From an uncultured Alistipes sp. (GTDB taxonomy: Bacteria > Bacteroidota > Bacteroidia > Bacteroidales > Rikenellaceae), in NCBI RefSeq assembly GCF_902388705.1, contig NZ_CABMQJ010000001.1:78454-142453 (forward strand): a DNA stretch of 64,000 nucleotides, read 5' to 3'. This document shows positions 1-9,744 of the stretch, piece by piece. A program made the position numbers and the translations under genes. The notes beneath the pieces were generated by a model. That model was not told where the DNA came from and did no database searches. It saw only the letters and a program-made list of their open reading frames with translations. The stretch's first letter is position 1, and each line of letters begins with the position of its first letter.

Positions 1-255
1 TCCGACCATGGTGATACCGAGCGTGTAGTCGCCCGCTTCGGGGGCTTTGAGGGAAAAGCGGCCATCGGCGTCGGCGGCCGCTGCGGCCACGACGGTGGTC
101 GAGTCGCGCAGGAGCGATACGGTTGCATAACCTACGGCATTGCCGGAAGCCGCGTCGGTGACCGTACCGGTCAGGGTGTTTGTTTGTTGTGCGGCAGCCG
201 GATGCAGACACAGGAGCAAAACTGCCGACAGCAGGAGATAGTGGATTTTTTGCAT
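1..255 (-). CDS. N-terminal fragment (continues past the window edge) of a TonB-dependent receptor-like outer-membrane protein with a signal peptide and a carboxypeptidase-regulatory-like (CarbopepD_reg) domain
   Basis: ATG at 253-255 on the minus strand. Manual translation gives MQKIHYLLLSAVLLLCLHPAAAQQTNTLTGTVTDAASGNAVGYATVSLL...ADGRFSL..AGDYTL, which is a signal peptide followed by the G.V.D..G.P..GA.V motif seen at the N-terminus of SusC-type receptors. The ORF is open to the window edge. Confidence 0.5.
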   Translation of the reverse strand, partial: MQKIHYLLLSAVLLLCLHPAAAQQTNTLTGTVTDAASGNAVGYATVSLLRDSTTVVAAAAADADGRFSLKAPEAGDYTLGITMVG

Positions 256-497
256 GTCAGAGCACGTTGAGGTTTCACAAATATGAGGTTTGTTTCGCTA
301 TTTTCCAAATTTGCGGAAGAGGATTACCCCCCCCCATGTGTCGTCTGACGTAATGTGTTGCATGATAGGTAATTACCCGCTGTCAAAAAAATGTAAAAAA
401 ATTTTGTCGGCACACTGCCATAATAAACGTAATTCGGTGGTTTTTATTGCCGTAGTGATAAAATTGGTTATATTTGTATTCCGAAAAGCCACTTTGC

Positions 498-2924
498 ATG
501 TCCCCGAAATACGGTTGCCTGCTGCTCTGCCTGTTCGCCGTATGCGGCGCTGCGGCCCAGCAGCCTGACGACGAATACTATCCCTATGCCCCCGTGCAGG
601 AGGAGCGCATGCCCCTCCTGCTCACCGATTCCACGCTTTTCTACCGTGCCGTGCAGGCCATGCCCGACCTTTATGCCGAATATACCGCTTTCAACCTGCC
701 GTACGTGGCTGTAAAACGCCGCGGGCAGGATTACCGTGCCGAGGCGGCCACGGTCGACGGACTCGGCATCCCGTCGCGCTATTTCCCGGCGTTGCGGCTG
801 CTCGGTGCGCAGGAGGAGTCCTCCGCAGGCGTTGTCCCCGTTGCCGGCATTACGGGCCGGACGGGCGGTATCCGTATGTTCCGGTTTCCGGACGAGTTCG
901 TGCAGGCGGCCCGCCGCGTATCCGTTCATTTTACCGACCGCAACTACCTGGCCGGGACGAAGCTGGCCGTCGCGCGGCCGCTGGGCCGGGGATGGAGCGG
1001 AGCCGCCGCCGTCGATGCCCGCACGGGGCGCGACATGCATGTCGAGGGTGTTTTTACACATGCGCTGACCGCAGGTTTCCGGGTCGCAAAACGCTTCGGT
1101 GACGGCCACGGCCTGCATCTGCTGCTTATCGTTCCGCCGTCGGTGCGGGGCACGCGCCTCTCCTCGGCCGAAGAGGCATTCCGGCTCACGGGCGACAACC
1201 TGTATAATCCCGCCTGGGGATTCCAGGACGGCCGGGTGCGCAATTCGCGCGTGCGGCGCGAGTTCGTACCGCTGGCCGCCGTCTCGTACCGGGTGCGGTT
1301 GTCGCCGGCGACTTCGCTCGCTGCGGCTTTCGGGGCCGAATGCGGTATCCGGAAATACAGTGCCCTGGGGTGGTACGACGCCCGTACGCCGATGCCCGAC
1401 AATTACCGCTACCTGCCCTCCTATACCGGCGACCGTGCAACGGAAGAGGCGTGGCGGGCGAACGAGCCGCATTACACGCAGATACGGTGGGACGAGTTGA
1501 TTGCGCAGAACCGCATGGCGGGCGGCCATGCAGTCTATGCGCTGGAAGACCGCGCCGAGCGCATCCGCAACCTCGGGTTCGATGCCCTGTTTACCTCGGA
1601 GGTCGACGAGCGCCTGACGCTTTATTACGGCTTCTCGTACCGCCATGCCCGGACGCGCAGCTACAAGCAGGTGCGCGACCTGCTGGGGGCGGAATATATC
1701 ACCGACATCGACCAGTACCTCGTGGACGACGACACGTACGGCAACCTGCTGCAAAACGACCTGCGGCACCCCGGCCGTAGAGTCCGCGAAGGCGACCGCT
1801 TCGGCTACGATTACCTGCTGTCGACGCGCGAAGCGGAGGCCCGCCTGCATGCCGAATACCGTGCCGACCGGTTCCGCGCCGACATAGCCCTTTCGCTGTG
1901 CGATGCCGCCGTCTTCCGCGACGGCCGTTATGAAAAGGAGCTTTTCCCCGGGACGCAGTCCTACGGACGCTCCCGGCGAATGCGGTTCACGCCCTATGCC
2001 GTGAAACTGCTTGCCGGATGGGCTTTCTCGCCCCGCAGTTACCTCGAAGCTTCGGCAGCCGCAGGTGCGCAGGCGCCCGCTGCCGCCGACCTCTTCTACC
2101 AGCCGCAGTACAACAACCGCACGGTGGACGCCCCCGTGGCTGCGGGCTTTTATGCCGCCGAACTCAATTACAGCCTTACGGGCGACCGCCTGACGCTGCG
2201 TTTGTCGGCCTTCGCTGCGGCGACGCTCGACGGCACCGAAACCCGCCGCTATTTCGACGATATGGCGGGCCTGTTCTGCGATATGGCCGTGACGGGCATC
2301 GGACGCATGGCCCTCGGTGCGGAAGCTGCCGCCGACATCCGCCTCGCGTACCGTTGGAGCCTGTCGCTCGCAGCCTCGGCCGGACGCTATAAATACATTC
2401 GCAACCCGCGTGTCACGGTGCTTTCCGATGTCGACAATTCGGTCGTCGACACCTGTGCCGAAAGTTATATGGGCGGCTGTGAAACGGGCGGTGCACCCGG
2501 CCTGACGGCTTGCGTGGGTGTTGCCTACTTCGGGCCGAAAGGGTGGGGATTCCGGGCCTCTGCAGGGTATGCCGGGAGGCGCTATGTCGAACCGATGCCC
2601 CTGCGTCGTACCGCGCGTATCGCGCGGCAGGGCGGCATTACGCCCGAGGCATTCGACGAGTTTACCCGGCAGCAGCGGCTCGGCGACGCCTTTACGCTCG
2701 ACGCCTCGCTTTTCAAATCCTTTTATTTCGGCCGTTCGCGGCTGACGGCTTCGCTGATGCTGCGCAACCTGACGGGCGGCAGCAATACGGTTTACAGCGG
2801 TTACGAATCCCTGCGCGTGCGGCGTATCAGTTCGGGCGACGCCCTCTTTTATACGCCGCATGCCACCCGTTACACCTATACCTATCCCCGTTCGTTCTAT
2901 CTTACAATCTCTTATAAATTTTGA
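498..2924 (+). CDS. hypothetical outer-membrane beta-barrel protein (secreted, about 808 aa, C-terminal Phe)
   Basis: Long ORF. The first ATG at 498 gives MSPKYGCLLLCLFAVCGAAAQQ, a signal peptide; the track start at 474 is a TTG. The protein is Tyr/Arg/Gly-rich with alternating beta-strand-like segments and ends ...SFYLTISYKF (terminal aromatic residue typical of OMPs). No specific family was recognised. Confidence 0.5.
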   Translation: MSPKYGCLLLCLFAVCGAAAQQPDDEYYPYAPVQEERMPLLLTDSTLFYRAVQAMPDLYAEYTAFNLPYVAVKRRGQDYRAEAATVDGLGIPSRYFPALRLLGAQEESSAGVVPVAGITGRTGGIRMFRFPDEFVQAARRVSVHFTDRNYLAGTKLAVARPLGRGWSGAAAVDARTGRDMHVEGVFTHALTAGFRVAKRFGDGHGLHLLLIVPPSVRGTRLSSAEEAFRLTGDNLYNPAWGFQDGRVRNSRVRREFVPLAAVSYRVRLSPATSLAAAFGAECGIRKYSALGWYDARTPMPDNYRYLPSYTGDRATEEAWRANEPHYTQIRWDELIAQNRMAGGHAVYALEDRAERIRNLGFDALFTSEVDERLTLYYGFSYRHARTRSYKQVRDLLGAEYITDIDQYLVDDDTYGNLLQNDLRHPGRRVREGDRFGYDYLLSTREAEARLHAEYRADRFRADIALSLCDAAVFRDGRYEKELFPGTQSYGRSRRMRFTPYAVKLLAGWAFSPRSYLEASAAAGAQAPAAADLFYQPQYNNRTVDAPVAAGFYAAELNYSLTGDRLTLRLSAFAAATLDGTETRRYFDDMAGLFCDMAVTGIGRMALGAEAAADIRLAYRWSLSLAASAGRYKYIRNPRVTVLSDVDNSVVDTCAESYMGGCETGGAPGLTACVGVAYFGPKGWGFRASAGYAGRRYVEPMPLRRTARIARQGGITPEAFDEFTRQQRLGDAFTLDASLFKSFYFGRSRLTASLMLRNLTGGSNTVYSGYESLRVRRISSGDALFYTPHATRYTYTYPRSFYLTISYKF

Positions 2925-3015
2925 TGCGGGTGTAAAAAATCGCCGGATTTTTTTGGAATTCGATGTGAAATTCGTACTTTAATAGGCGAAAAAACCTTTA
3001 AAACTTCAAAAATCC

Positions 3016-4122
3016 ATGATTATCGGTATTCCAAAAGAGATTAAGAACAACGAAAACCGTGTTGCTCTTACCCCCGCGGGCGCCCAGGAGCTGGTCAAAC
3101 GGGGCCATAAAGTTTATGTGCAGGCTACGGCCGGTGTGAACAGCGGTTTTGCCGATGATGCCTACACGGCGGTAGGGGCGGAGATGCTTCCCACAATCGA
3201 GGAGGTCTATGCCCGTGCCGAGATGATTATCAAAGTCAAGGAGCCGATTGCTCCCGAGTATAAACTTATCCGCAAAGACCAGTTGGTCTTCACGTTCTTC
3301 CATTTCGCCAGCAGCGAGCCCCTGACGCATGCCATGATCGACAGCGGGGCGGTGTGCTGCGCCTACGAAACCGTCGAGCGGGCCGACCGTTCGCTGCCGC
3401 TGCTGATTCCGATGTCGGAGGTTGCGGGCCGCATGTCGACGCAGGAGGGGCGTTACTTCCTCGAGAAGCCCCGCGGCGGCAAAGGCAAGTTGCTGGGCGG
3501 CGTGCCGGGCGTGAAGCCGGCCAAGGTCTTCGTCATCGGCGCCGGAGTTGTCGGAACCGCCGCTGCGCGTACGGCAGCCGGAACGGGAGCCGACGTGACG
3601 ATTTGCGACATTTCGCTGCAACGCCTTACCTACCTTGCCGACGTGATGCCCAAGAACGTCAAAACCCTGATGTCGTCGGAATACAACATCCGCGAGGAGC
3701 TCAAACATGCCGACTTGGTGATCGGCTCGGTGCTTATTCCGGGCGCCAAAGCCCCGAAGCTCGTTACGCGCGACATGCTCAAAGAGATGGAACCCGGCTC
3801 GGTGATGGTCGACGTGGCCATCGACCAGGGCGGCTGTTTCGAAACGTCGCGTCCCACGACGCACGAAGACCCCGTTTATTATGTCGACGGCATCCTGCAT
3901 TACTGCGTGGCCAATATCCCCGGCGCCGTGCCTTACTCCTCGACGCTGGCGCTCACCAACGCCACGCTTCCCTATGTCGTCCAGTTGGCCGACAAGGGCT
4001 GGCAGCGCGCCTGCAAGGAGAACCGCGAGCTGGAACTGGGGCTCAATATCGTGCAGGGCAAGGTGGTCTACCGGCCCGTTGCCGAGGCCTGGGGGCTTCC
4101 CTACGAGCCGCTGGCGCTGTAA
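3016..4122 (+). CDS. ald: alanine dehydrogenase
   Basis: [40 protein letters not shown]..., with the Rossmann motif [28 protein letters not shown]. Full-length Ald/PNT family at 368 aa. Confidence 0.9.
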   Translation: MIIGIPKEIKNNENRVALTPAGAQELVKRGHKVYVQATAGVNSGFADDAYTAVGAEMLPTIEEVYARAEMIIKVKEPIAPEYKLIRKDQLVFTFFHFASSEPLTHAMIDSGAVCCAYETVERADRSLPLLIPMSEVAGRMSTQEGRYFLEKPRGGKGKLLGGVPGVKPAKVFVIGAGVVGTAAARTAAGTGADVTICDISLQRLTYLADVMPKNVKTLMSSEYNIREELKHADLVIGSVLIPGAKAPKLVTRDMLKEMEPGSVMVDVAIDQGGCFETSRPTTHEDPVYYVDGILHYCVANIPGAVPYSSTLALTNATLPYVVQLADKGWQRACKENRELELGLNIVQGKVVYRPVAEAWGLPYEPLAL

Positions 4123-4137
4123 TATCCCGGTAAATAA

Positions 4138-4171
4138 AAGGGCGGAGGGTCGTGACTTTCCGCCTTTTTTC
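4138..4171 (+). terminator. rho-independent terminator of ald
   Basis: GGCGGA (4141-4146), an 11-nt loop, TCCGCC (4159-4164), then TTTTTTT (4165-4171). It overlaps the GTG used as ORF start in the six-frame track at 4152. Confidence 0.45.
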
Positions 4172-4184
4172 ATATCTTTGGGCA

Positions 4185-4505
4185 ATGGCCCGCAAACTCC
4201 TGCTCATACTTCGTTTCTATTACTCGACCATGTTCTATTTCTGCACGGCCGTGAGTATCGGGTTTGCCTGGGTGGTTAAAAACCACGGGCCGGAAACCAT
4301 CCCGTGGTGCATGCTCGGCAAGGCGGTGATCTATCCCCTGTACCTCTATGTCTGGATTGTCCAGCGCTACGGCGATGAATTTTTCTACTACCGCAACCTG
4401 GGCATCCGGCGCCGCGCGCTGCTGGGCGTCAGCTGCGCTGCGGATTTTATCTGGTGTTACCTGCTGCTGAAACTGACGGCTGTTTTCCTGTATGGGCTAC
4501 TCTGA
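4185..4505 (+). CDS. small polytopic membrane protein (about 106 aa, about 3 TM), probable partner of the downstream ABC ATPase
   Basis: MARKLLLILRFYYSTMFYFCTAVSIGFAWVV...VIYPLYLYVWIVQRY...LLLKLTAVFLYGLL. I chose the first ATG at 4185 because the GTG at 4152 lies inside the ald terminator hairpin. It overlaps the next gene by 14 nt. Confidence 0.4.
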   Translation: MARKLLLILRFYYSTMFYFCTAVSIGFAWVVKNHGPETIPWCMLGKAVIYPLYLYVWIVQRYGDEFFYYRNLGIRRRALLGVSCAADFIWCYLLLKLTAVFLYGLL

Positions 4506-5157
4506 ACAACATCTCCTCGAGATCGATTCCGTCGAACTGTCGTTCGGCGACCGGCGCATCCTTTCGGGCGTCTACCTCGCCGTCGAAACGGGCGGCGTTA
4601 CGGCCGTGCTCGGCCGTAACGGCTGCGGTAAAAGCTGTCTGATGAAGATACTTTGCGGTTCGCTGCGTGCTGATTTCCGCTCGATGCGCATCGACGGTGT
4701 GTGGCACGCGCACTTCCGGGCCGACGAAGTGCGCTACTTAACGCAGCAGGGGTCTATTCCGGGCTGGATGAGCGTCGACCGCGTGCTGCGCGATTTCGGC
4801 CTGCCGTGGGACGACCTGCTGGCGTGGTTCCCGCTTTTCGGCGACCTGCACGACACGAAAATCCACTCCATGTCGGGCGGCGAGCGGCGGTTGCTGGAAT
4901 GCTACCTGATCCTGCGCAGCCCGGCGCAGTTCGTCATGCTCGACGAGCCGTTCTCGCAGGTTGCGCCGCTGCACGTTGCAACCCTGAAAGAACTTATCCG
5001 GCAGGAGAAAGCCTCGAAAGGCATTCTGCTGACGGATCATATGCACCGTCATGTCACCGATATAGCCGACCGCCTCTATGTGATGGCCGATGGCCAGACC
5101 TACCTGACGCACGGCCCGGAGGATTTGATCCGCTACGGCTATCTTGCACGCTTATAA
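4492..5157 (+). CDS. ABC transporter ATP-binding protein (stand-alone ATPase, 221 aa)
   Basis: Walker A GRNGCGKS, signature MSGGERRLLE, Walker B FVMLDEP, H-loop TDHM. Confidence 0.8.
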   Translation: MGYSEQHLLEIDSVELSFGDRRILSGVYLAVETGGVTAVLGRNGCGKSCLMKILCGSLRADFRSMRIDGVWHAHFRADEVRYLTQQGSIPGWMSVDRVLRDFGLPWDDLLAWFPLFGDLHDTKIHSMSGGERRLLECYLILRSPAQFVMLDEPFSQVAPLHVATLKELIRQEKASKGILLTDHMHRHVTDIADRLYVMADGQTYLTHGPEDLIRYGYLARL

Positions 5158-5182
5158 TTCCGTCCGGAATTGAGCCCGAAAA

Positions 5183-5938
5183 TCACCCCGTGACCCATTT
5201 TTTGAATTCGGCCGCCCGGTTTTTGCTCAGGAAAACGGGTTCGGGCGTTTCCACGTCCATGGTAATCAGCAACCGGCTGTTCGACCATACGACGATATTT
5301 TGGATATGTTGCTTGGCGATAACGTATTGCTTGTTGACCCGGCAGAACGACAGGGGATTCATGTCGTCGCATATGCTGTCGAGCGTCTTGTTATAGGGGT
5401 AACTCTTGCCGTCGGCAAGGTATACCTTCGAGGTTTCCTTCGTCGAGTAGAAGAAGGATATGCGTTCCGTCGGGATGGGCAATAATTGGTTTCGGTAAGC
5501 GATCAGGATGTTCTTATGGCTGTTTGTCCGCTGTTGTGCGAACATCTCGTAGAGCCGGTTCAGGTCGGGAACGGCCGGCTGCCGGTTGAGTTTCCGGAAT
5601 TTTGCCAGTGCATGCTTCATCTCTTCGACGCAGATCGGTTTGAGCAGGTAGTCGATTGCATTGACCTTGAATGCGTGGATGGCATATTCGTCGTAGGCGG
5701 TCGTGAAAATGACGGGCGATTCGACGGACGTGTGTTTGAATATTTCGAATGCCGAGCCGTCCGATAAGTGTATATCCATGAATATCAGGTCGGGGGCGGG
5801 ATTCCGGTCCAGCCACGAAACTGTCTGCATGATGCTTTCCGTCGTCCCTGCAACCTCTATGTCGGGGGCCACTTCCGTCAGGATGCTGCTCATGTCGTCG
5901 AGTGCTCCTGCTTCGTCTTCTATGATCAGTACCTTCAT
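5183..5938 (-). CDS. LytR/AlgR-family response regulator (receiver plus LytTR DNA-binding domain)
   Basis: MKVLIIEDE...DLIFMDIHLSDGSAFEIF (receiver, phospho-acceptor Asp). The C-terminal LytTR-like region is ...ISFFYSTKETSKVYLADGKSYPYNKTLDSI. Confidence 0.85.
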   Translation of the reverse strand: MKVLIIEDEAGALDDMSSILTEVAPDIEVAGTTESIMQTVSWLDRNPAPDLIFMDIHLSDGSAFEIFKHTSVESPVIFTTAYDEYAIHAFKVNAIDYLLKPICVEEMKHALAKFRKLNRQPAVPDLNRLYEMFAQQRTNSHKNILIAYRNQLLPIPTERISFFYSTKETSKVYLADGKSYPYNKTLDSICDDMNPLSFCRVNKQYVIAKQHIQNIVVWSNSRLLITMDVETPEPVFLSKNRAAEFKKWVTG

Positions 5939-6954
5939 TTGGATTGTTTAAAATTCATTTCCACCATCGGCAGGAAGACCTTGAAATCTTCTCCCCCCCC
6001 CTCGGCTTTCTCGATGCGGATTTCCTTGCCCAGTAGCAGCCTGTATCTGTTGCGCAGGTTGGTGAGCCCGATGCCGTTCGATTCGGGCGGCGTGAGTCGG
6101 GGATAGACCGGGTTGGCGACGGCCAGTTCGTTGCGTTCGTTGAACGAGATCGTAATACGCATGTGGTGTTCGCTGTCGATGACGTTGTGCTTGACGATGT
6201 TTTCGAACAGCGGCAGCAGTGAAAGGCTGGGCATGCGCATGTTGAGCGCCTGCTGCGGGACGTCGATCCGGCAGCTGTAGTTTTGGGCGAAACGTACGTC
6301 CATCAACTGCCGGTAAGAGGTGATGAAATTGAGTTCCTCGCCCAACGTGGTCAGCGAGGGGCCTTTGAACCGGATGATGTAGCGGAATACGCCCGACAGG
6401 TTACCGATGTATTCGAGGCTTTCCTGTTTTTTATTGCTGCGTATCAGCGATGAAAGGTTGCTCAGCGCGTTGAAGAAAAAATGGGGGCTTATCTGGTTTG
6501 CGATGGCGTTGTACTGGCTGCTGAGGTTTTCCAGCCGGAGCATCTCGATCTCTTTTTCGTGCTGGCGTTCTTTATTTATCATCAATACGATACTCCCGAT
6601 TAGCAGGCATATCGTGTAGGTGATAATCAGGTATCCGAATTCGTCGTATCCGAGCGAGAGCCATGCGTGCTCCGACTGGAAATGGATGATGGCCATGGCG
6701 GTGAAGGCTACCCCCGCGATGACGGCTGCACCCAGCAGGCAGCGCATCAGGAAAGAGAGACGCCTGTTCAGGAATATCTTCAGCATGACGATGGTTGCCA
6801 TCCAGAGGAAGCAGAACCACGCGACCGATACCGAGGCGCGTTTCGACCACCATGTAATGGTCACCAGCGTAGCCCAATATTGGCTCAATTGAATCAGGAA
6901 TGCCGCCATCGGAATGGCCCAACGTGAGCGAACGGCCTGTTTTAAATAGCCCAT
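5935..6954 (-). CDS. LytS/YehU-type sensor histidine kinase (membrane domain plus His_kinase/HATPase)
   Basis: About 5 N-terminal TM helices, then ISPHFFFNALSNLSSLI (the conserved H-box of the LytS-type His_kinase family) and a C-terminal ATPase with GIGLTNLRNRYRLL. It overlaps the RR start by 4 nt, so the two are an operon. Confidence 0.8.
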   Translation of the reverse strand: MGYLKQAVRSRWAIPMAAFLIQLSQYWATLVTITWWSKRASVSVAWFCFLWMATIVMLKIFLNRRLSFLMRCLLGAAVIAGVAFTAMAIIHFQSEHAWLSLGYDEFGYLIITYTICLLIGSIVLMINKERQHEKEIEMLRLENLSSQYNAIANQISPHFFFNALSNLSSLIRSNKKQESLEYIGNLSGVFRYIIRFKGPSLTTLGEELNFITSYRQLMDVRFAQNYSCRIDVPQQALNMRMPSLSLLPLFENIVKHNVIDSEHHMRITISFNERNELAVANPVYPRLTPPESNGIGLTNLRNRYRLLLGKEIRIEKAEGGGEDFKVFLPMVEMNFKQSK

Positions 6955-7236
6955 GTGTGTTGTGTGCGTAGTAAGCGGGTGTGACGTTTCCGGACAAAAA
7001 TAATAAAAAAATGCAACAATCGGGCATTCCCGATTGGCGCCGGTTTTTTCCCGATTAGACGCCTGATTCGCCTTTTTAGCGTATTATGAGGACTTTGATG
7101 TGTGCTTTGTGACGATATTTACGAAAACCGATTCAGTTGTTCCATACCCATTTCTGGCAATCTTTTACGGGGTTTACACGCTTTGAATCAGCAGGTTGAT
7201 GAGATTTTGCAGCAAATTTTTTAACTTTTTCAGCTT

Positions 7237-8532
7237 ATGAAGAAAAAATTACTCTTTCTGACTTTTTTAGTATCGGGTACTCTCCTTGCAGGCTGCTCGG
7301 ATGACGAGAAACCCGTGGACCCGGTAGCTTTGGACACCCCTGTCCTGGCAGAGGGTGTTGTGACACAGGTGTCGCTTGGCGTAGTATGGGATGCCGTGGC
7401 AAATGCGGCCTCTTACGTATGTACGCTCGATGACGGCGCCGCAACTCCCGTAACCCAGCCCGAGGTGCTGTTCGACGGGCTGGAACCCGGTCGCAGCTAT
7501 ACCGTGAAGGTGAAGGCGGTGGCGGGGCAGAAACAATACCTGGATTCGGAATTCGCCGGCATCACCGTGGCGACCCTGCCTGCCACCCGGCTTGCCGCTC
7601 CTGTGCTGACGGCGGGCGACGTGACCGAGAGTTCCGTTGCGATTGTCTGGGAAAAGGTTCCCGATGCGACGTCCTATGTCTATACGGTCGACGGCGGTGC
7701 GGAACAGGAAACCTCCGCTCTGACGGCTGTCGTTTCGGGACTGGAACCCGGTATGCCGGTTACGGTGCGGGTGCGGGCCGTTTCCGAGCTGGTTCAGCAC
7801 CTCGATTCGGAAGTCGCCGAATTGACTGTCGCTGCGGCTATGGAGCAGGAGTCCTTCACGCTTTCGCTCACGGATACCGGGATGAACAGCATTTCCGTAT
7901 CCGTTTCTCCTAAAAGTCAGACACGCACCTATTACTGCGGTTATGCGCTGAAATCCGATTTCGACAAATACGCTTCGCAGGACGAGTTCATCGTTGCGGT
8001 GCGCCGCAAGCTCAACGCCTCGGCTCTGTTTGCAGGGGTGAGCTTCGAGGAATATCTGGCCGCGCAACTCGTACAGGGCGACCATCCTTTCGAATTCACC
8101 GGCCTGAAACCCGAAACCGACTACGTCGTTTATGCAGTGGGGTGGTATGCCCCGGGCGACCTGCTCACGACCCGCCTCATGTCGGTACCCGCCACGACCC
8201 TTCCCGATGCGTCGGGCGAGGTGGCCGTAGCCATCGAGAACGTCACTGCCAACGGGTTCGACGTCGTCTGCACGCCCGATGTCGCCATCGAGAAGTACTA
8301 TGTCTATGTCACAAAGACCTCTTCGTTGGGTATGGAAGTATTGATGGCCGGTGGAATGAATGCGTTCAAGGAGCAGGTGATGCCTACCAAGGACGAGTAT
8401 ACCGGGACGCAGACCATCAGTAAGAGCGGACTGGCTGCCGGAACCGCCTATTCGGTCTGTGTGCTGGGCATCAGCAAGAGCGGATCCGATTTCTGGATTG
8501 AGAAGACGCAGAAGACCGCAAAGGCCGAATAA
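7237..8532 (+). CDS. surface lipoprotein with tandem fibronectin-III-like repeats
   Basis: Lipobox MKKKLLFLTFLVSGTLLAGCSDDE. Two clearly homologous repeats of about 85 aa each (..VLAEGVVTQVSLGVVWDAVANAASYVCTLDDG..LEPGRSYTVKVKAV.. and ..VLTAGDVTESSVAIVWEKVPDATSYVYTVDGG..LEPGMPVTVRVRAV..), plus two more degenerate FN3-like modules. Confidence 0.6.
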   Translation: MKKKLLFLTFLVSGTLLAGCSDDEKPVDPVALDTPVLAEGVVTQVSLGVVWDAVANAASYVCTLDDGAATPVTQPEVLFDGLEPGRSYTVKVKAVAGQKQYLDSEFAGITVATLPATRLAAPVLTAGDVTESSVAIVWEKVPDATSYVYTVDGGAEQETSALTAVVSGLEPGMPVTVRVRAVSELVQHLDSEVAELTVAAAMEQESFTLSLTDTGMNSISVSVSPKSQTRTYYCGYALKSDFDKYASQDEFIVAVRRKLNASALFAGVSFEEYLAAQLVQGDHPFEFTGLKPETDYVVYAVGWYAPGDLLTTRLMSVPATTLPDASGEVAVAIENVTANGFDVVCTPDVAIEKYYVYVTKTSSLGMEVLMAGGMNAFKEQVMPTKDEYTGTQTISKSGLAAGTAYSVCVLGISKSGSDFWIEKTQKTAKAE

Positions 8533-8563
8533 AATCACGAATAATTTTATAACGATAAATACA

Positions 8564-9553
8564 ATGAAAAAGATCAGCAGAATTTTGATGTGCGCTTTCC
8601 TGTTGCTGGGATTTGCCGCTTGCAGTGATTCCGACGACGACGGGGACAATGGAAACAACAACGGGAATAACAACGGGACGCAGCTCGCCGCCCCTGTCCT
8701 GGCCAAGGGAACGGTCGAGGAGGAGGCTTTCGTCGTGACCTGGCAGCCCGTCGAACACGCGGATTTATATATCTATTCGCTCAACGGAGGCGCCCAGTCC
8801 AGCACATCGGGCACATCCGCCCGTTTCGAGGAACTGGAGCCCGGAACCGAATATACGGTTGCGGTCAAAGCGCTTTCGAGCGGTTCGGAGTACACGACTT
8901 CCGAGGCGGCCGAGATTAAAGTCACCACGCTCGAAGAGGATACTTCCGGAATGATTCAGTCGGCCGAGTTCGACGCCCTCGTCGGTTCATGGGTCGGCAA
9001 GCAGACCGTAAAATACGCTACGGGCATCGATGTTGCCGGGGGCGGTTTCTTCTACCAGACCGAGGAGTGGACATTCGATGTCGACATCGTGGCGCAGGTC
9101 GGATCGCGGAAATTCCGCAAGGAGAACTACCTCGTCTGTCAGGGACTCGGTGACTTCAAGAAAGAGGGCAGCGCCCGAACCTATGAAGCGCTTATCAAGG
9201 AGGGCTTTACCGAAGAGCTGGCCGTTGAAGGATTCGGCCCCAAATGGTTCCTTCAGCTCAAGGAAGACGGTTCGATTGTCGTCGATGCGACCACCAAGTT
9301 CAATGTGATGAGCTGGTTTGCTACCGATGAACTCGGCCCGTACTACCTGCTCGGCGGTGCTGACGACAAGACTTTCTCCGATTGCGAATGCGAACTTCCC
9401 GTCACGATAAACGGCGACGAACTGCGTGTGGGGTCGACCGTCATCTCCAACAAAACCTGGACGCCCTCCATCTTCCAGTGGAATCCCAAGCAGGGGGCCT
9501 ATGCCCGTTACTACCTCGGTGAGTCCGACATCGTGCTGACGCGCAAGAAATAA
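8564..9553 (+). CDS. lipoprotein with one FN3-like repeat paralogous to the upstream gene, an Asp/Asn/Gly-rich linker and a C-terminal domain of unknown function
   Basis: ATG at 8564 gives MKKISRILMCAFLLLGFAACSDSDDDGDNGNNNGNNNG. After that, ..VLAKGTVEEEAFVVTWQPVEHADLYIYSLNGG..LEPGTEYTVAVKAL.. aligns with the repeats of the previous gene. The track ORF start at 8459 has no start signal. Confidence 0.6.
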   Translation: MKKISRILMCAFLLLGFAACSDSDDDGDNGNNNGNNNGTQLAAPVLAKGTVEEEAFVVTWQPVEHADLYIYSLNGGAQSSTSGTSARFEELEPGTEYTVAVKALSSGSEYTTSEAAEIKVTTLEEDTSGMIQSAEFDALVGSWVGKQTVKYATGIDVAGGGFFYQTEEWTFDVDIVAQVGSRKFRKENYLVCQGLGDFKKEGSARTYEALIKEGFTEELAVEGFGPKWFLQLKEDGSIVVDATTKFNVMSWFATDELGPYYLLGGADDKTFSDCECELPVTINGDELRVGSTVISNKTWTPSIFQWNPKQGAYARYYLGESDIVLTRKK

Positions 9554-9571
9554 GCCGGTTCCCGGTGATCA

Positions 9572-9603
9572 GGGCGCCCGTGGAAACCACGGGCGCTTTT
9601 TTA
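9572..9603 (+). terminator. rho-independent terminator after the lipoprotein pair
   Basis: GCGCCCGTGG (9574-9583), loop AAA, CCACGGGCGC (9587-9596), then TTTTTT. Confidence 0.55.
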
Positions 9604-9744
9604 TCGCCGCAAAGTGCGAGGACGCCCGCTGTCCGGGAATATCGCTTCCCGGGGTGCCTTGCCGGAAGATGCGGCCGGGCAATTTCCAAATAAATTTGGT
9701 TCTCCCCCCGGCTTGCACTATCTTTGCACCTTAAACAGTAAGGT

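Noticed and set aside
468-2861. 797-aa ORF on the minus strand
   Set aside because: It is fully antisense to the 808-aa outer-membrane protein gene, which has a signal peptide and a C-terminal Phe. Its translation is Arg/Ala/Gly/Pro-rich with no motifs. This is a typical GC-rich antisense artefact.
7267-8706. 479-aa minus-strand ORF
   Set aside because: Antisense to the FN3 lipoprotein gene. The translation is Arg/Gly/His-rich low-complexity, whereas the sense strand has a lipobox and domain repeats.
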